DNA of 63,924 bases, filler included. It is 5 parts of 5 records of this genome, joined end to end, with 100 filler letters (N's around TTAATTAATTAA, not from the genome) between each part and the next. Parts side by side here need not be neighbours in the genome. Positions count along the whole stretch, not along the records: positions 16,923 to 35,932 come from SRR31156797_5362; positions 36,033 to 57,142 come from SRR31156797_5364; 3 more parts are not named here. One strand, written 5' to 3'. Shown piece by piece: positions 29,271 to 38,672 of this stretch (position 1 is its first letter; every line of letters starts with the position of its first letter). Under the pieces are notes generated by a model. The model saw nothing but the letters and a program-made list of their open reading frames with translations, searched no databases and was not told the origin of the DNA. Both the position numbers and the translations under genes were made by a program.

Positions 29271-29756
29271 ATGGAAGAGAGAATAGGGGTAATATATTAC
29301 TCCAGAACTGGGAATGGGGAATTTGTTGCGAATGAGTTTCATAAGAGATTAGAATCTGATCTCATAAAAATTGAAACACAACAAGATTTAAAAGGGAAAA
29401 AAATACTTCAAATTGTAGTTGGAGGCTTTCAAGTAATAACCAAAAAAACACCTCCCTTAAAAAATTATAAATTTGATGCATCAAACTATGATATTTTGAT
29501 AATTGAAACACCTGTTTGGGTGGACTCATTTGCTCCTGCAATAAGAACATTTTTAAAAGAGCAAGATTTAGAGGATAAAAAGATATTTTTAATATGCTGC
29601 TATGATGGAGGTATAGAAAATACTTTTCAAAATCTAAAAGAAGAATTAAAAGGAAACAGATTTATTGGCGAGATTGCATTCAAGGATGCTCTCAATAATA
29701 AAGATGAAACTATTAAAACAATTGAGTATTTAGCAGAAAAAATTAGTGGTAGATAA
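29271..29756 (+). CDS. Flavodoxin family protein
   Basis: IYYSRTGNG, YDILIIETPVW, APAIRTFL; ATG 29271 after AGGGGG. Confidence 0.85.
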   Translation: MEERIGVIYYSRTGNGEFVANEFHKRLESDLIKIETQQDLKGKKILQIVVGGFQVITKKTPPLKNYKFDASNYDILIIETPVWVDSFAPAIRTFLKEQDLEDKKIFLICCYDGGIENTFQNLKEELKGNRFIGEIAFKDALNNKDETIKTIEYLAEKISGR

Positions 29757-29772
29757 GACTATTAGTTTTGAG

Positions 29773-29802
29773 AGCCTAAAGTTGATCTTTGGGCTTTTTT
29801 TT
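29773..29802 (+). terminator. Intrinsic terminator
   Basis: AGCCTAAAG-TTGAT-CTTTGGGCT plus T-run. Confidence 0.7.
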
Positions 29803-29879
29803 ATACTATTTGACTGGAATTGAAGAGTAAATTATGGTATAAATGTACTAGACTTTACTATACATTATTGGAGGAGATT

Positions 29880-30779
29880 ATGAATTATTTGGTTATTGAT
29901 GTAGGTGGTACAGCTATAAAATATGCATTGATGGATAAAGATTCAAATTTTATAGAAAAAGGAGATGTTCCTACCCCTAAGACTTCATTAGAGGATTTTA
30001 TTAGTACTATTTGCGCAATCAGAGAGAAGTTTGGAGAAGTTGCCGGAGTAGCAATGAGTATGCCAGGTAGAATAGATAGTGATCATGGTTATGCATTTAG
30101 TGCAGGGGAAAGAAAGTATTATGCTGAAATGAATGTCCGGGAGATATTTGAGGCAAAATTTAATTTAAAAGTATCAATTGAGAATGATGCAAAATGTGCA
30201 GCTTTGGCTGAAGCAGCAAAAGGAAGCCTGGCTGATTGTCCAGATGGAATTGTCGTAATACTCGGAACCGGTGTAGGCGGAGGAATTATTAAAGATGGCC
30301 AACTTCATAAAGGTAAAGACTTTATCGCTGGAGAATTAAGTTATCTTCTTGCTAATATGGATGGAAATAAAGGCGATGATCTGAAAATATTCGGATATGT
30401 CTGTGGAGTACCTAAAGGCTTGTGTTTACCTTTTGCGGAGAAAAAAGGTTTAACAGAGGATGAAGTGGATGGAAGGTATGTCTTTGATTTAGTCTCAAAA
30501 GGAGATGAAGATGCAATTGAAGCACTTGACAATTATTGCTATAAATTATCCCTTATGTTGATGAATCTGCAACATATATATGATCCTGATAAAATTGCAA
30601 TTGGTGGAGGAATAAGTGCATCAGATATATTATTTGACTATTTAGAGAATAATTTTAAATATTTGGAAGAGAATTTAGAAATGAAGTTGACTATGCCTGA
30701 GATAGTAAAATGTGAGTTTAGGAATGATGCTAATTTAATTGGTGCTTTATCTCATTTTAAAAATTTATACGAAAAATAA
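29880..30779 (+). CDS. ROK family sugar kinase
   Basis: IDVGGTAIK, SMPG, IENDAKCAALAE, LGTGVGGG, AGE, IGGGIS, NDANLIGA; no N-terminal HTH; ATG 29880 after GGAGGAG. Confidence 0.9.
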   Translation: MNYLVIDVGGTAIKYALMDKDSNFIEKGDVPTPKTSLEDFISTICAIREKFGEVAGVAMSMPGRIDSDHGYAFSAGERKYYAEMNVREIFEAKFNLKVSIENDAKCAALAEAAKGSLADCPDGIVVILGTGVGGGIIKDGQLHKGKDFIAGELSYLLANMDGNKGDDLKIFGYVCGVPKGLCLPFAEKKGLTEDEVDGRYVFDLVSKGDEDAIEALDNYCYKLSLMLMNLQHIYDPDKIAIGGGISASDILFDYLENNFKYLEENLEMKLTMPEIVKCEFRNDANLIGALSHFKNLYEK

Positions 30780-30792
30780 CTTAACTTTAAAG

Positions 30793-30823
30793 AATGCCTT
30801 TGTAAATTAAAAGGCATTTTTTT
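30793..30823 (+). terminator. Intrinsic terminator
   Basis: AATGCCTTT...AAAGGCATT plus T-run. Confidence 0.7.
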
Positions 30824-30835
30824 ATAAAAACTTTT

Positions 30836-30857
30836 AAACGTCAGACGTATGACGTTT
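30836..30857. promoter_or_regulatory. Putative GntR/FadR operator, copy 1
   Basis: AAACGTCA-GACGTA-TGACGTTT palindrome containing ACGTATGACGT. Confidence 0.7.
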
Positions 30858-30931
30858 GCTGAATTTGCTGGTGTTTAGGTCGATTAAGTGTAATAAATGC
30901 GAATACATAATATTTTTTTAGAACAAAACGC

Positions 30932-30990
30932 TTGACAAAAAGATGTGTGAAAGGTATACTTAAAACATAAGACGTATGATGTCTGTTGTT
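30932..30990 (+). promoter_or_regulatory. Sigma70 promoter with operator copy 2 at the start site
   Basis: TTGACA (30932-37)-N17-TATACT (30955-60), then GACGTATGATGTCTGTTGTT (30971-90). Confidence 0.8.
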
Positions 30991-31091
30991 TTGAAGCGCT
31001 GACCTCTTGCATTAAAGTATTTCAAAAATAGGAAAATGAAATGTAATATTAATTAGTAAAAAATTCTATTTAATCAAATTTTTTTCAAATT

Positions 31092-31105
31092 AAACGTATG
31101 ACGTT
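31092..31105. promoter_or_regulatory. Putative GntR/FadR operator, copy 3
   Basis: AAACGTATGACGTT. Confidence 0.65.
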
Positions 31106-31236
31106 ATACATTAGACCTTGATGAAATGCTTTAAATATAGTAAAATTTATATTAGGTTCCTTGCATACGTAAAAGTTACTCTTTAAAAGAGTATGTTAAG
31201 TTAAATAATATATAAAATTGTCAGGAGGTACGAGAG

Positions 31237-31929
31237 ATGGAGAGGTTTAGCAAAATAGAAAATGGAACAATTGTAGAAAGGGTAACAAAAGAGATAACAA
31301 ATGCAATAATTGACAAAAAACTAAGACCTGGAGATAAAATTCCAAGTGAAACAGAGATGGCAAATAATTTTGGTGTTAGCAGAACATCGATTAGAGAATC
31401 CATGAAAACTTTATCAGCACTTGGTTTAATTGAGATCAAAAGAGGGAATGGTACATTTATTGCAACTGAGATTCAATCAAACAGTTTTGATACATTAATG
31501 TATGCAGTAATGCTGGAGCAATGCGGAAATGATGAAATATTAGAACTTCGAAAAATGTTTGAGATTGATACTTTAAATTTAGCTATATTAAAAGCAACAG
31601 ATAAAGACGTAGAAAATTTACAAGTAATTTTGGACAAATTTGAAACAGAGTTTAAAGCAGGAAATTATCATGAAGCAGCAGAGCTTGATTATGAATTTCA
31701 TAAAACAATGGTAAAAGTAACACGTAACAGGTTATTTGAAAAGTTAGTTTTAGCAGTATACGATTTTTTCTTTAAGTCTATTGAAAGAACAATAATTTCA
31801 TATGAAGTAAGAGAACAAAAAGTATCAAAAGTACATGGTGAAATGCTGGATTGTATCAAATCCCGGGATAACAGCAGAGTAGCAGAAATTGTAGAATCAA
31901 GTTTAGAAGGTTGGAAAAATTATGTTTAA
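31237..31929 (+). CDS. FadR/GntR family transcriptional regulator (wHTH + FCD)
   Basis: LRPGDKIPSETEMANNFGVSRTSIRE, RGNGTF, ELRKMFE, DYEFH. Confidence 0.93.
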   Translation: MERFSKIENGTIVERVTKEITNAIIDKKLRPGDKIPSETEMANNFGVSRTSIRESMKTLSALGLIEIKRGNGTFIATEIQSNSFDTLMYAVMLEQCGNDEILELRKMFEIDTLNLAILKATDKDVENLQVILDKFETEFKAGNYHEAAELDYEFHKTMVKVTRNRLFEKLVLAVYDFFFKSIERTIISYEVREQKVSKVHGEMLDCIKSRDNSRVAEIVESSLEGWKNYV

Positions 31930-32110
31930 TTTATTTACTAAAACTTATTACTAAAAATGTCCTTCTAAAGAATTATTAAATTATTCTCTTATCAAATATG
32001 AAATTTATTTTTAAACTCTATATAGTTTAGTTTCTAGAGATATTAATATAAAGACTAAAATATATACTAGTAGTACTTAAGGAGTAAAAATAAAATATAG
32101 GAGGTAGAAT

Positions 32111-33127
32111 GTGGTGAAAAAGTTTAGAATTATATCTGTATTAATGGTGTTATTAATGGTTTCAGCTACATCTTTTGGTTTCTTTGGGAAAAGTAAATTT
32201 CCTAAAAAGGATATTAATGATATAGTGGTATTTGGTGCAGGTGGAGGAACTGATACACTTAACCGTGTTGTAACTGCAGAAATGGCAAAAGCTCTTAAAG
32301 TAAACGTAAATGTAACAAACGTACCTGGTGGAGCTGGTGGATCAATGGGACTAATGGCAGCAGATAAAAAAGCGTCTGATGGATATACATTAGTAGGATT
32401 ATCAGAATCAATTGTAACTGCTCCGGTAATGGGTGGATTCAATAAAACTGTTGATAACTGGGATTTCTTCGTAATTGGAGGATCACCTGAAGTATTATCA
32501 GTATCTGCTAATTCAAAATATAAAACATTAGAAGATCTAATTAATGATGCAAAAGCTAACCCTGGAAAAGTAAGAGTTGGAGCTTCAACTTCTGGATCAT
32601 TCCATCATATCAATATGCTATTCTTCGAAAGAGGTGCAGGAATTGAACTTAACTTCGTACCTTATAAAGGATCAGCAGGATCACAAAACGCATTACTTAC
32701 TGGAGAATTAGATGCAGTATTTACATCTGCAGCAGAGCAAGCTCCATTAATTAAAGGTAAAAAATTCAGACCTTTAGCAATGTTAACACCTGATGATTTC
32801 ACAATTGGGGATATTAAAATTGATTCAGCATTCAAATCATACCCTCAATTAGATCAATATCTACCTATTTACCAAGCAATTGGTTTAGCTGTAAAAGCAG
32901 ATGTTGAAGTTAAAAGAAAAGAAAAATTAGAAAAAGCATTTAAAGTAGCTATGGCTAGTTCAACAGTTCAAAAGAAATTAAAAGATATGTACTATGTATC
33001 TTACGGATTAACAGGAGATCAAGCTCTTAAATTATTCAAAGGACTTGAGTCTAAATTCTCATGGACTTTATGGGATCTTAAAACAGCAACTGTTAACCCT
33101 GAAAAATTTGGTATCAAAAAACCGTAA
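32111..33127 (+). CDS. tctC: Tripartite tricarboxylate transporter substrate-binding protein
   Basis: Signal peptide; FGAGGGTD, NVPGGAGG, DGYTL, VPYKGS. Confidence 0.88.
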   Translation: MVKKFRIISVLMVLLMVSATSFGFFGKSKFPKKDINDIVVFGAGGGTDTLNRVVTAEMAKALKVNVNVTNVPGGAGGSMGLMAADKKASDGYTLVGLSESIVTAPVMGGFNKTVDNWDFFVIGGSPEVLSVSANSKYKTLEDLINDAKANPGKVRVGASTSGSFHHINMLFFERGAGIELNFVPYKGSAGSQNALLTGELDAVFTSAAEQAPLIKGKKFRPLAMLTPDDFTIGDIKIDSAFKSYPQLDQYLPIYQAIGLAVKADVEVKRKEKLEKAFKVAMASSTVQKKLKDMYYVSYGLTGDQALKLFKGLESKFSWTLWDLKTATVNPEKFGIKKP

Positions 33128-33142
33128 TTAAAAATAAACATT

Positions 33143-33183
33143 GGTTATGACAGTCTAAATATTAAAATTTAGGCTGTCTAACC
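33143..33183 (+). other. Intergenic stem-loop after tctC (mRNA stabiliser or partial terminator)
   Basis: GGTTA-TGACAGTCTAAAT...ATTTAGGCTGTC-TAACC. Confidence 0.55.
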
Positions 33184-33256
33184 TAAAAAAATTGATTATG
33201 ATAGTTTGTGAGTGAAAAAATACTATCAAATCTCTAATGTTTTGGAGGAAACAATA

Positions 33257-34105
33257 ATGATTGAAAATAAATCAGTATTGAGAAAATGGGATTTTATAAG
33301 TAGCATTATACTTATTCTGTTTTCTTTATGGATAATATTTGAATCACTAAAAATGCCACTTGGTAATGAAGTTGTCAATGGTGTAAAAAGTGAATGGTTT
33401 ACTTCTCCAGCTCTTATGCCTTTAATTGTCGGTACTGCAATTCTGCTGATGTCAATCAGTTTAATGATAGTAGCGGTAAAAGAAGGAGCAATTGAGCTAT
33501 TGAAAAAAGGTCTTATAGACAAAGATAGTATTGATATGAATCAAACGTATAGATCATTAGCAATCTATTATGCGATATTTGGTTTTGTATTCTTCTTGAT
33601 CTCATATATTGATTATTACATTAGTATAATGTTATTTTTAGCATACTTGATTACTTTATTTTATGTTGAAAAAGAAGATTTCTGGCAACCACTTGCAAAA
33701 TCATACTTAGTATTTACACTGGCTTTCTTTATACTTAACCTTGTAGGAGTATTTAAAAGTTTTGCAATATTTGCAGATATATTAGCTATCGCTTATATTA
33801 TTTATATCGCAGTATATGCAGCTAAGAGAACTAAAGAAGATAAGGTTAATAGAAAGAAATTTAAGATTTCATTTTTAGTTTCATTTATTATGTCAGCTTT
33901 CATCTGTTCAATATTTACATTTGTTCTAATGGTTACGCCACCTAGACAGGGAGGAATAATTATGTCTCCTGCTGAAAATGTAAATGCATTGATTAGAGAT
34001 CTAATCAGAGGTGAAGACCCTGATGCTATAGATTTAGATTCAATTGACTTAGATTCAATTGATACATCTAATAATGTTGATGTAAATTCGTTATTAGGAA
34101 ACTAG
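33257..34105 (+). CDS. tctB: Extended TctB-like membrane subunit
   Basis: Multi-TM protein between tctC and tctA; SPALMP motif; ATG 33257 after GGAGGA; acidic tail with IDLDS repeats. Confidence 0.7.
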   Translation: MIENKSVLRKWDFISSIILILFSLWIIFESLKMPLGNEVVNGVKSEWFTSPALMPLIVGTAILLMSISLMIVAVKEGAIELLKKGLIDKDSIDMNQTYRSLAIYYAIFGFVFFLISYIDYYISIMLFLAYLITLFYVEKEDFWQPLAKSYLVFTLAFFILNLVGVFKSFAIFADILAIAYIIYIAVYAAKRTKEDKVNRKKFKISFLVSFIMSAFICSIFTFVLMVTPPRQGGIIMSPAENVNALIRDLIRGEDPDAIDLDSIDLDSIDTSNNVDVNSLLGN

Positions 34106-34126
34106 AATAGGAGGAGTGAGAATAAT

Positions 34127-35656
34127 ATGAATTCGTTAATAGATGGATTTAGCGCATATTTACATCAAATAGTAATGATGAGTACAGATCCAAAAATGAT
34201 ATTAATACTTTTCGCAAGTGTTATTATGGGTATCTTATTCGGTTCACTTCCTGGATTAACTGCTACACTAGGTGTTGCACTACTTACGACACTAACATAT
34301 AGTTTAAGTCCAACATATGCAATTGGTTCACTTCTTGCAATATATGTAGGAGCAGTTTATGGAGGAAGTTACGCAAGTATAACAATCAATATCCCTGGTA
34401 CACCGGCAGGAGCTGCAACAGCACTTGATGGTTATCAAATGGGACTTAAGGGAGAAAGTGGTAAAGCATTAGGAATTGTAACAACAGCTTCTGCAATAGG
34501 AACAATTGTTGGAACATTATTTGTACTTACATTTTCACCGGTAATATTAAAATTAGCATTACAGTTTTCGTCATGGGAGTACTTCTTATTAGCATTGTTT
34601 GGAATACTAATATGCGGGACATTAGCAGTACCTGACCTTGTTATGAAAGGTTGGATGGCAGGTATATTTGGAATATTTGTATCATTAATTGGACGGGATG
34701 TAATTCAATTTTTCCCTAGATTTACAATGGGATTTACAGAATTAGAATCAGGAATTCCGGTAGTTCCAGTTTTACTTGGAGCATTTGGAATACCGCAGGT
34801 TATTGATTCGTTAGCTAATCCATATAAAAATTTACAAGTAAAAAAGGTAGCAAAAGTTTTACCTAACTGGCCTATAATAGGAAAAAATTCAATTAACATA
34901 GTTAGATCAGCTCTGATGGGAGTAGGAATTGGTTCAATTCCCGGAGTTGGAGAAGATGTAGCGGCTTGGGTATCGTACGGAGCAGCAAAGAAATCATCTA
35001 GAACACCTGAGAAATTTGGAACTGGTCATCCAGAAGCAGTAATTGCACCGGAAGTAGCAAATAATGCTTGTATCGGAGGAGCACTTATTCCATTATTAAC
35101 ACTTGGAATACCAGGAAGTCCGCCAGCAGCAATGTTACTTGGAGCACTTATGATTCATGATGTTATACCTGGACCAACATTAGTAATCGAGCATCCTACT
35201 TTCTTATTTGAAGTTGCGGGAATACTTTTCTTAACTTCAATAGTTATGTGGATTTGCGGAATGTTATTAGCTAAACAGTTTATCAAAGTATTAAAAATTC
35301 CACCTCAAATATTTATGCCAATAGTAGCACTATTCTGTATAATTGGGTCATACTCATTAGTTGGAAATGTATTTGTACTTTACCTAATGGTAATAACCGG
35401 TGCAATATCGTTCTTTATGGGTAAATTAGGATATCCTGTAGGACCAATGGTTATAGGGGTTATCTTAGGAACAATGTTAGATCAAAATATCAGAAGAGCA
35501 CTTATGTTAAGTAAAGGTTCGTTTGCACCTGTTTTAACTAGACCTGTTGCAGTAATCTTTGTATTCTTAACAGCTTGGTTATTCTTAACTCAGGTACCAG
35601 TAATCGCTAGATTCCAAGAAAGTATCATTAGGAAGTTTAAGAAAGACGTAGCATAA
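34127..35656 (+). CDS. tctA: Tripartite tricarboxylate transporter permease
   Basis: GSLPGLTAT, YGGS...NIPGTP, TALDGY, PEVANNA, PLLTLGIPGS. Confidence 0.93.
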   Translation: MNSLIDGFSAYLHQIVMMSTDPKMILILFASVIMGILFGSLPGLTATLGVALLTTLTYSLSPTYAIGSLLAIYVGAVYGGSYASITINIPGTPAGAATALDGYQMGLKGESGKALGIVTTASAIGTIVGTLFVLTFSPVILKLALQFSSWEYFLLALFGILICGTLAVPDLVMKGWMAGIFGIFVSLIGRDVIQFFPRFTMGFTELESGIPVVPVLLGAFGIPQVIDSLANPYKNLQVKKVAKVLPNWPIIGKNSINIVRSALMGVGIGSIPGVGEDVAAWVSYGAAKKSSRTPEKFGTGHPEAVIAPEVANNACIGGALIPLLTLGIPGSPPAAMLLGALMIHDVIPGPTLVIEHPTFLFEVAGILFLTSIVMWICGMLLAKQFIKVLKIPPQIFMPIVALFCIIGSYSLVGNVFVLYLMVITGAISFFMGKLGYPVGPMVIGVILGTMLDQNIRRALMLSKGSFAPVLTRPVAVIFVFLTAWLFLTQVPVIARFQESIIRKFKKDVA

Positions 35657-35789
35657 TTTTAAAGTATTTACTATAGAGGCGGAATAGTCAGATTTTACAT
35701 TTTTAATAAGTAAAATCCGACTGTTCAAACTTCTGGAGAAGAGTTTTACAAACAAGATTAATAAGGGTGTAAATTTTTTTAACAAAAGC

Positions 35790-35815
35790 AAACGTATGAC
35801 GTCTGTTGTTTGACA
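35790..35815 (+). promoter_or_regulatory. Putative GntR/FadR operator copy 4 abutting a -35 box for the next (off-contig) gene
   Basis: AAACGTATGACGTCTGTTGTT followed by TTGACA (35810-35815). Confidence 0.65.
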
Positions 35816-35932
35816 CATGTAAACAAAAAAGAGATGTTAATTAAAAAACATTAATTAGGCATTCTAAATTAAAAAAAATATAAATTTTAGTTTCTTATAG
35901 GTACATCACTTCGCTAAAAACTCTTGAAACAT

Positions 35933-36032
35933 NNNNNNNNNNNNNNNNNNNNNNNNNNNNNNNNNNNNNNNNNNNNTTAATTAATTAANNNNNNNNNNNN
36001 NNNNNNNNNNNNNNNNNNNNNNNNNNNNNNNN
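35933..36032. other. Artificial contig spacer
   Basis: 44 N + TTAATTAATTAA + 44 N. Confidence 0.98.
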
Positions 36033-36080
36033 AGATCCGAGGAGTGAACGCCATATTTCCTACCATAAAAACAATTTGAT

Positions 36081-36107
36081 TGTGACCACTGCAAATTATC
36101 TCGTCTA
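36081..36107 (+). promoter_or_regulatory. Putative ECF sigma promoter, copy 1
   Basis: TGTGAC-N15-CGTCTA upstream of 36161. Confidence 0.7.
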
Positions 36108-36160
36108 AAATTACACCTCATAAATTAAATTGTAATCAGAATAGAGCGAGGAATTAGCGA

Positions 36161-36541
36161 ATGAAAGAAAAGTTTAATTATATCTACGACAGCACAAACC
36201 ATATCGTATTTAAAAATTATTTTGGAAAAGTTAGAGTTCACGACATAATACAATCCTGGGATTTTGCATTTACCAATAACCTATTTCCATCAAATGTTAA
36301 AAGATTCATTCTTAATTATAGAAAGGCAAGTATTGAATTAAATACAAAAAGTCACATTGATATCTCATCTTATTATCAAGAGCGAATATCAATGTTTCGG
36401 GATTCAAAAATTGCAATCATAGTAAACACTCCTGAAGCAACGGCAATTTCGGTATTATTTAGCACCCTGGATGATGGATATCAATCTAAACCTTTTTCTA
36501 CTGTGAAAGCAGCAAAAAGTTGGGTATTGCAACTTAATTAA
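36161..36541 (+). CDS. Hypothetical protein, possibly SpoIIAA/STAS-like fold
   Basis: 126 aa; KIAIIV...PFSTVKAAKSWV ending typical of SpoIIAA-like proteins. Confidence 0.7.
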   Translation: MKEKFNYIYDSTNHIVFKNYFGKVRVHDIIQSWDFAFTNNLFPSNVKRFILNYRKASIELNTKSHIDISSYYQERISMFRDSKIAIIVNTPEATAISVLFSTLDDGYQSKPFSTVKAAKSWVLQLN

Positions 36542-36544
36542 GTT

Positions 36545-36570
36545 ACCGACGATACTGAATGATCGTCGGT
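36545..36570. terminator. Stem-loop between convergent genes
   Basis: ACCGACGAT-ACTGAATG-ATCGTCGGT. Confidence 0.6.
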
Positions 36571-36575
36571 TAATT

Positions 36576-37649
36576 TTATAACCATCTTTTTCTCTTAAAC
36601 CAAATGATCATTATAATAGCAACTACAAACATCACACTCAAAAGTGTATAATATCCATAATTGTAATTCAATTCGGGCATATTAGAAAAATTCATGCCAT
36701 AAATTCCAGCCAAAAATGTTAGAGGAATAAAAATTGTTGCAATTAGAGTAAGTAATTTCATTACCTGATTCAATTGATTATCTTGAATTGCCTGATAAGA
36801 GTCGTTTATCGCAGAAAGATTTTCTCTTAAAAAATCCAATTGATCTATTATATACAAGATATGATCTTTTGTATCTCTAAAATATTTCCTATTCTCCTTT
36901 TCAATAAGTGATAATTCATCATTTACCACAACTGAATATGCATCTTTCAAAGGAGCTATACCTCTTCTAGCTCTTAAAAATACTTTTCTATACTCTCTTA
37001 TGGTTTCCGGAACATCAATTGGAGAAGGGCTAATTATTTCATCATCTAAAGATTCTAATGTATCATTTCCTGTCTCAATTAACTCGAAATAATTGTCAAT
37101 AACTACATCTGCCAATGCAAAAAGCAAATAATCCGCTCCTTTGCTTCTTATTTTTTTAGGCTGATTTCTAAGTCTGAAAATCGCCGAATCAAAAATCGGT
37201 TCTTCAAAATCTACAAATGATAACAAAAACCGATCTCCAAGAATGAAATGAACAGGAACTGAACCATATGACAACTCATCCAAATCGGTTAAAACTAACT
37301 TAATGGAAAGAAGGTAATAATTCTCAAACTTTTCAAATTTAGGTCTTAAAGAACTATTTAAGATATCTTCTAATACCAAATCATGAATTCCGAACTGCTC
37401 TCCAAGATTTTCTAATGCACTAACATCAACCCCTTTGAAGTTTATCCAAGTAACATAATTTGCTGAAGGCTTCGGATATTTTATATCTGCTATATCCGTT
37501 TTATACTCATCAAATTTAATCTCATCAACATTATATTGCACCACCTGAATAGACGCATTACTCACACGCTTTTTTCCAATATGCATAAGGGTTCCAGGCG
37601 ACATCCCTTTCTTTGTTGAATTTCTTTTAATTTTTTTATTTCCCATCAT
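36576..37649 (-). CDS. corA: Magnesium/cobalt transporter CorA
   Basis: GMSPGTL, IHDLVLEDI, RPK, KLLTLIATIFIPLTFLAGIYGMNF..MPEL, KRKRWL. Confidence 0.95.
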   Translation of the reverse strand: MMGNKKIKRNSTKKGMSPGTLMHIGKKRVSNASIQVVQYNVDEIKFDEYKTDIADIKYPKPSANYVTWINFKGVDVSALENLGEQFGIHDLVLEDILNSSLRPKFEKFENYYLLSIKLVLTDLDELSYGSVPVHFILGDRFLLSFVDFEEPIFDSAIFRLRNQPKKIRSKGADYLLFALADVVIDNYFELIETGNDTLESLDDEIISPSPIDVPETIREYRKVFLRARRGIAPLKDAYSVVVNDELSLIEKENRKYFRDTKDHILYIIDQLDFLRENLSAINDSYQAIQDNQLNQVMKLLTLIATIFIPLTFLAGIYGMNFSNMPELNYNYGYYTLLSVMFVVAIIMIIWFKRKRWL

Positions 37650-37723
37650 GCAAGCAGTTGCAAATAATACTATATTTAATATTGTTTCTATAAGATAAAT
37701 TTAATCAATATTATTAATACAAT

Positions 37724-38596
37724 ATGGCAACCATTGAAAGTATTTTAAAGGATTTAGGAATAGGATACAAGGTTCTATTTATAATATTTGCAATAGTTAT
37801 TGGGTTCATTGCAGCAAAATTGATCCGATACTTTATGAATCGACTTGTAATTAAATCAGTAAAAAAACTGAATGCTGATCCAACTAACTATAATTTCTTA
37901 AAAAATGCTGTTAGTTTTTTAATCTTCATTATTGTTATTATCATCATTTTCTATTCAATTCCTGAACTTAAAAGTATTGGCGTAAGCTTATTGGCAAGTG
38001 CAGGGATTTTAGCCGCAATTGTAGGATTTGCTTCACAACAAGCATTCTCGAATATTGTAAGTGGAATATTCGTTGTCATCTTCAAACCGTTTCGCGTTGG
38101 TGATTTTATAAAAATTGGTGAATTACATTTTGGTACTGTTGAGGATATAACCCTAAGACACACAGTCATTAAAAATCCTGAAAACAGAAGAGTTATAATT
38201 CCAAATTCTGTAATCAGCTCGGAAACAATACTTAATTCAACCATTGCCGATCCTAAAGTTTGTGCATTTTTGGAAATTGGGATTAGTTATTTTTCTTCGA
38301 TAGATAAAGCGATTTCAATCATTCGATCTGAATCTGAAAAACACCCTAATTTAATTGATAATAGAACTGATTCAGAAATAGAAGAAGGCGTTGACAAAAT
38401 AGTTGTGCGAGTTATTCAACTAACTGATTCAAGTGTTTTATTAAGAGCATATATCTGGGCTGAAAATTCAGGTAGTGCCTTTGTTATGAAATGTGATTTA
38501 TTGAAATCGATCAAGGAAAATTTTGATAAAAATGACATTGAAATTCCATTTCCACACCAAACATTATACCTAAGAAAAAGCACTAAACCAGAATAA
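37724..38596 (+). CDS. MscS family mechanosensitive channel
   Basis: GFASQQAFSNIVSG, KPFRVGD, GTVEDITLRHT, IPNS, IEIPFP. Confidence 0.93.
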   Translation: MATIESILKDLGIGYKVLFIIFAIVIGFIAAKLIRYFMNRLVIKSVKKLNADPTNYNFLKNAVSFLIFIIVIIIIFYSIPELKSIGVSLLASAGILAAIVGFASQQAFSNIVSGIFVVIFKPFRVGDFIKIGELHFGTVEDITLRHTVIKNPENRRVIIPNSVISSETILNSTIADPKVCAFLEIGISYFSSIDKAISIIRSESEKHPNLIDNRTDSEIEEGVDKIVVRVIQLTDSSVLLRAYIWAENSGSAFVMKCDLLKSIKENFDKNDIEIPFPHQTLYLRKSTKPE

Positions 38597-38672
38597 AGAT
38601 TTTTAGATATTAACCAAGTATCTTGGAATGGAAAAATTATTACATTGCGAGGTTCTATTAATAAATTTAAAA

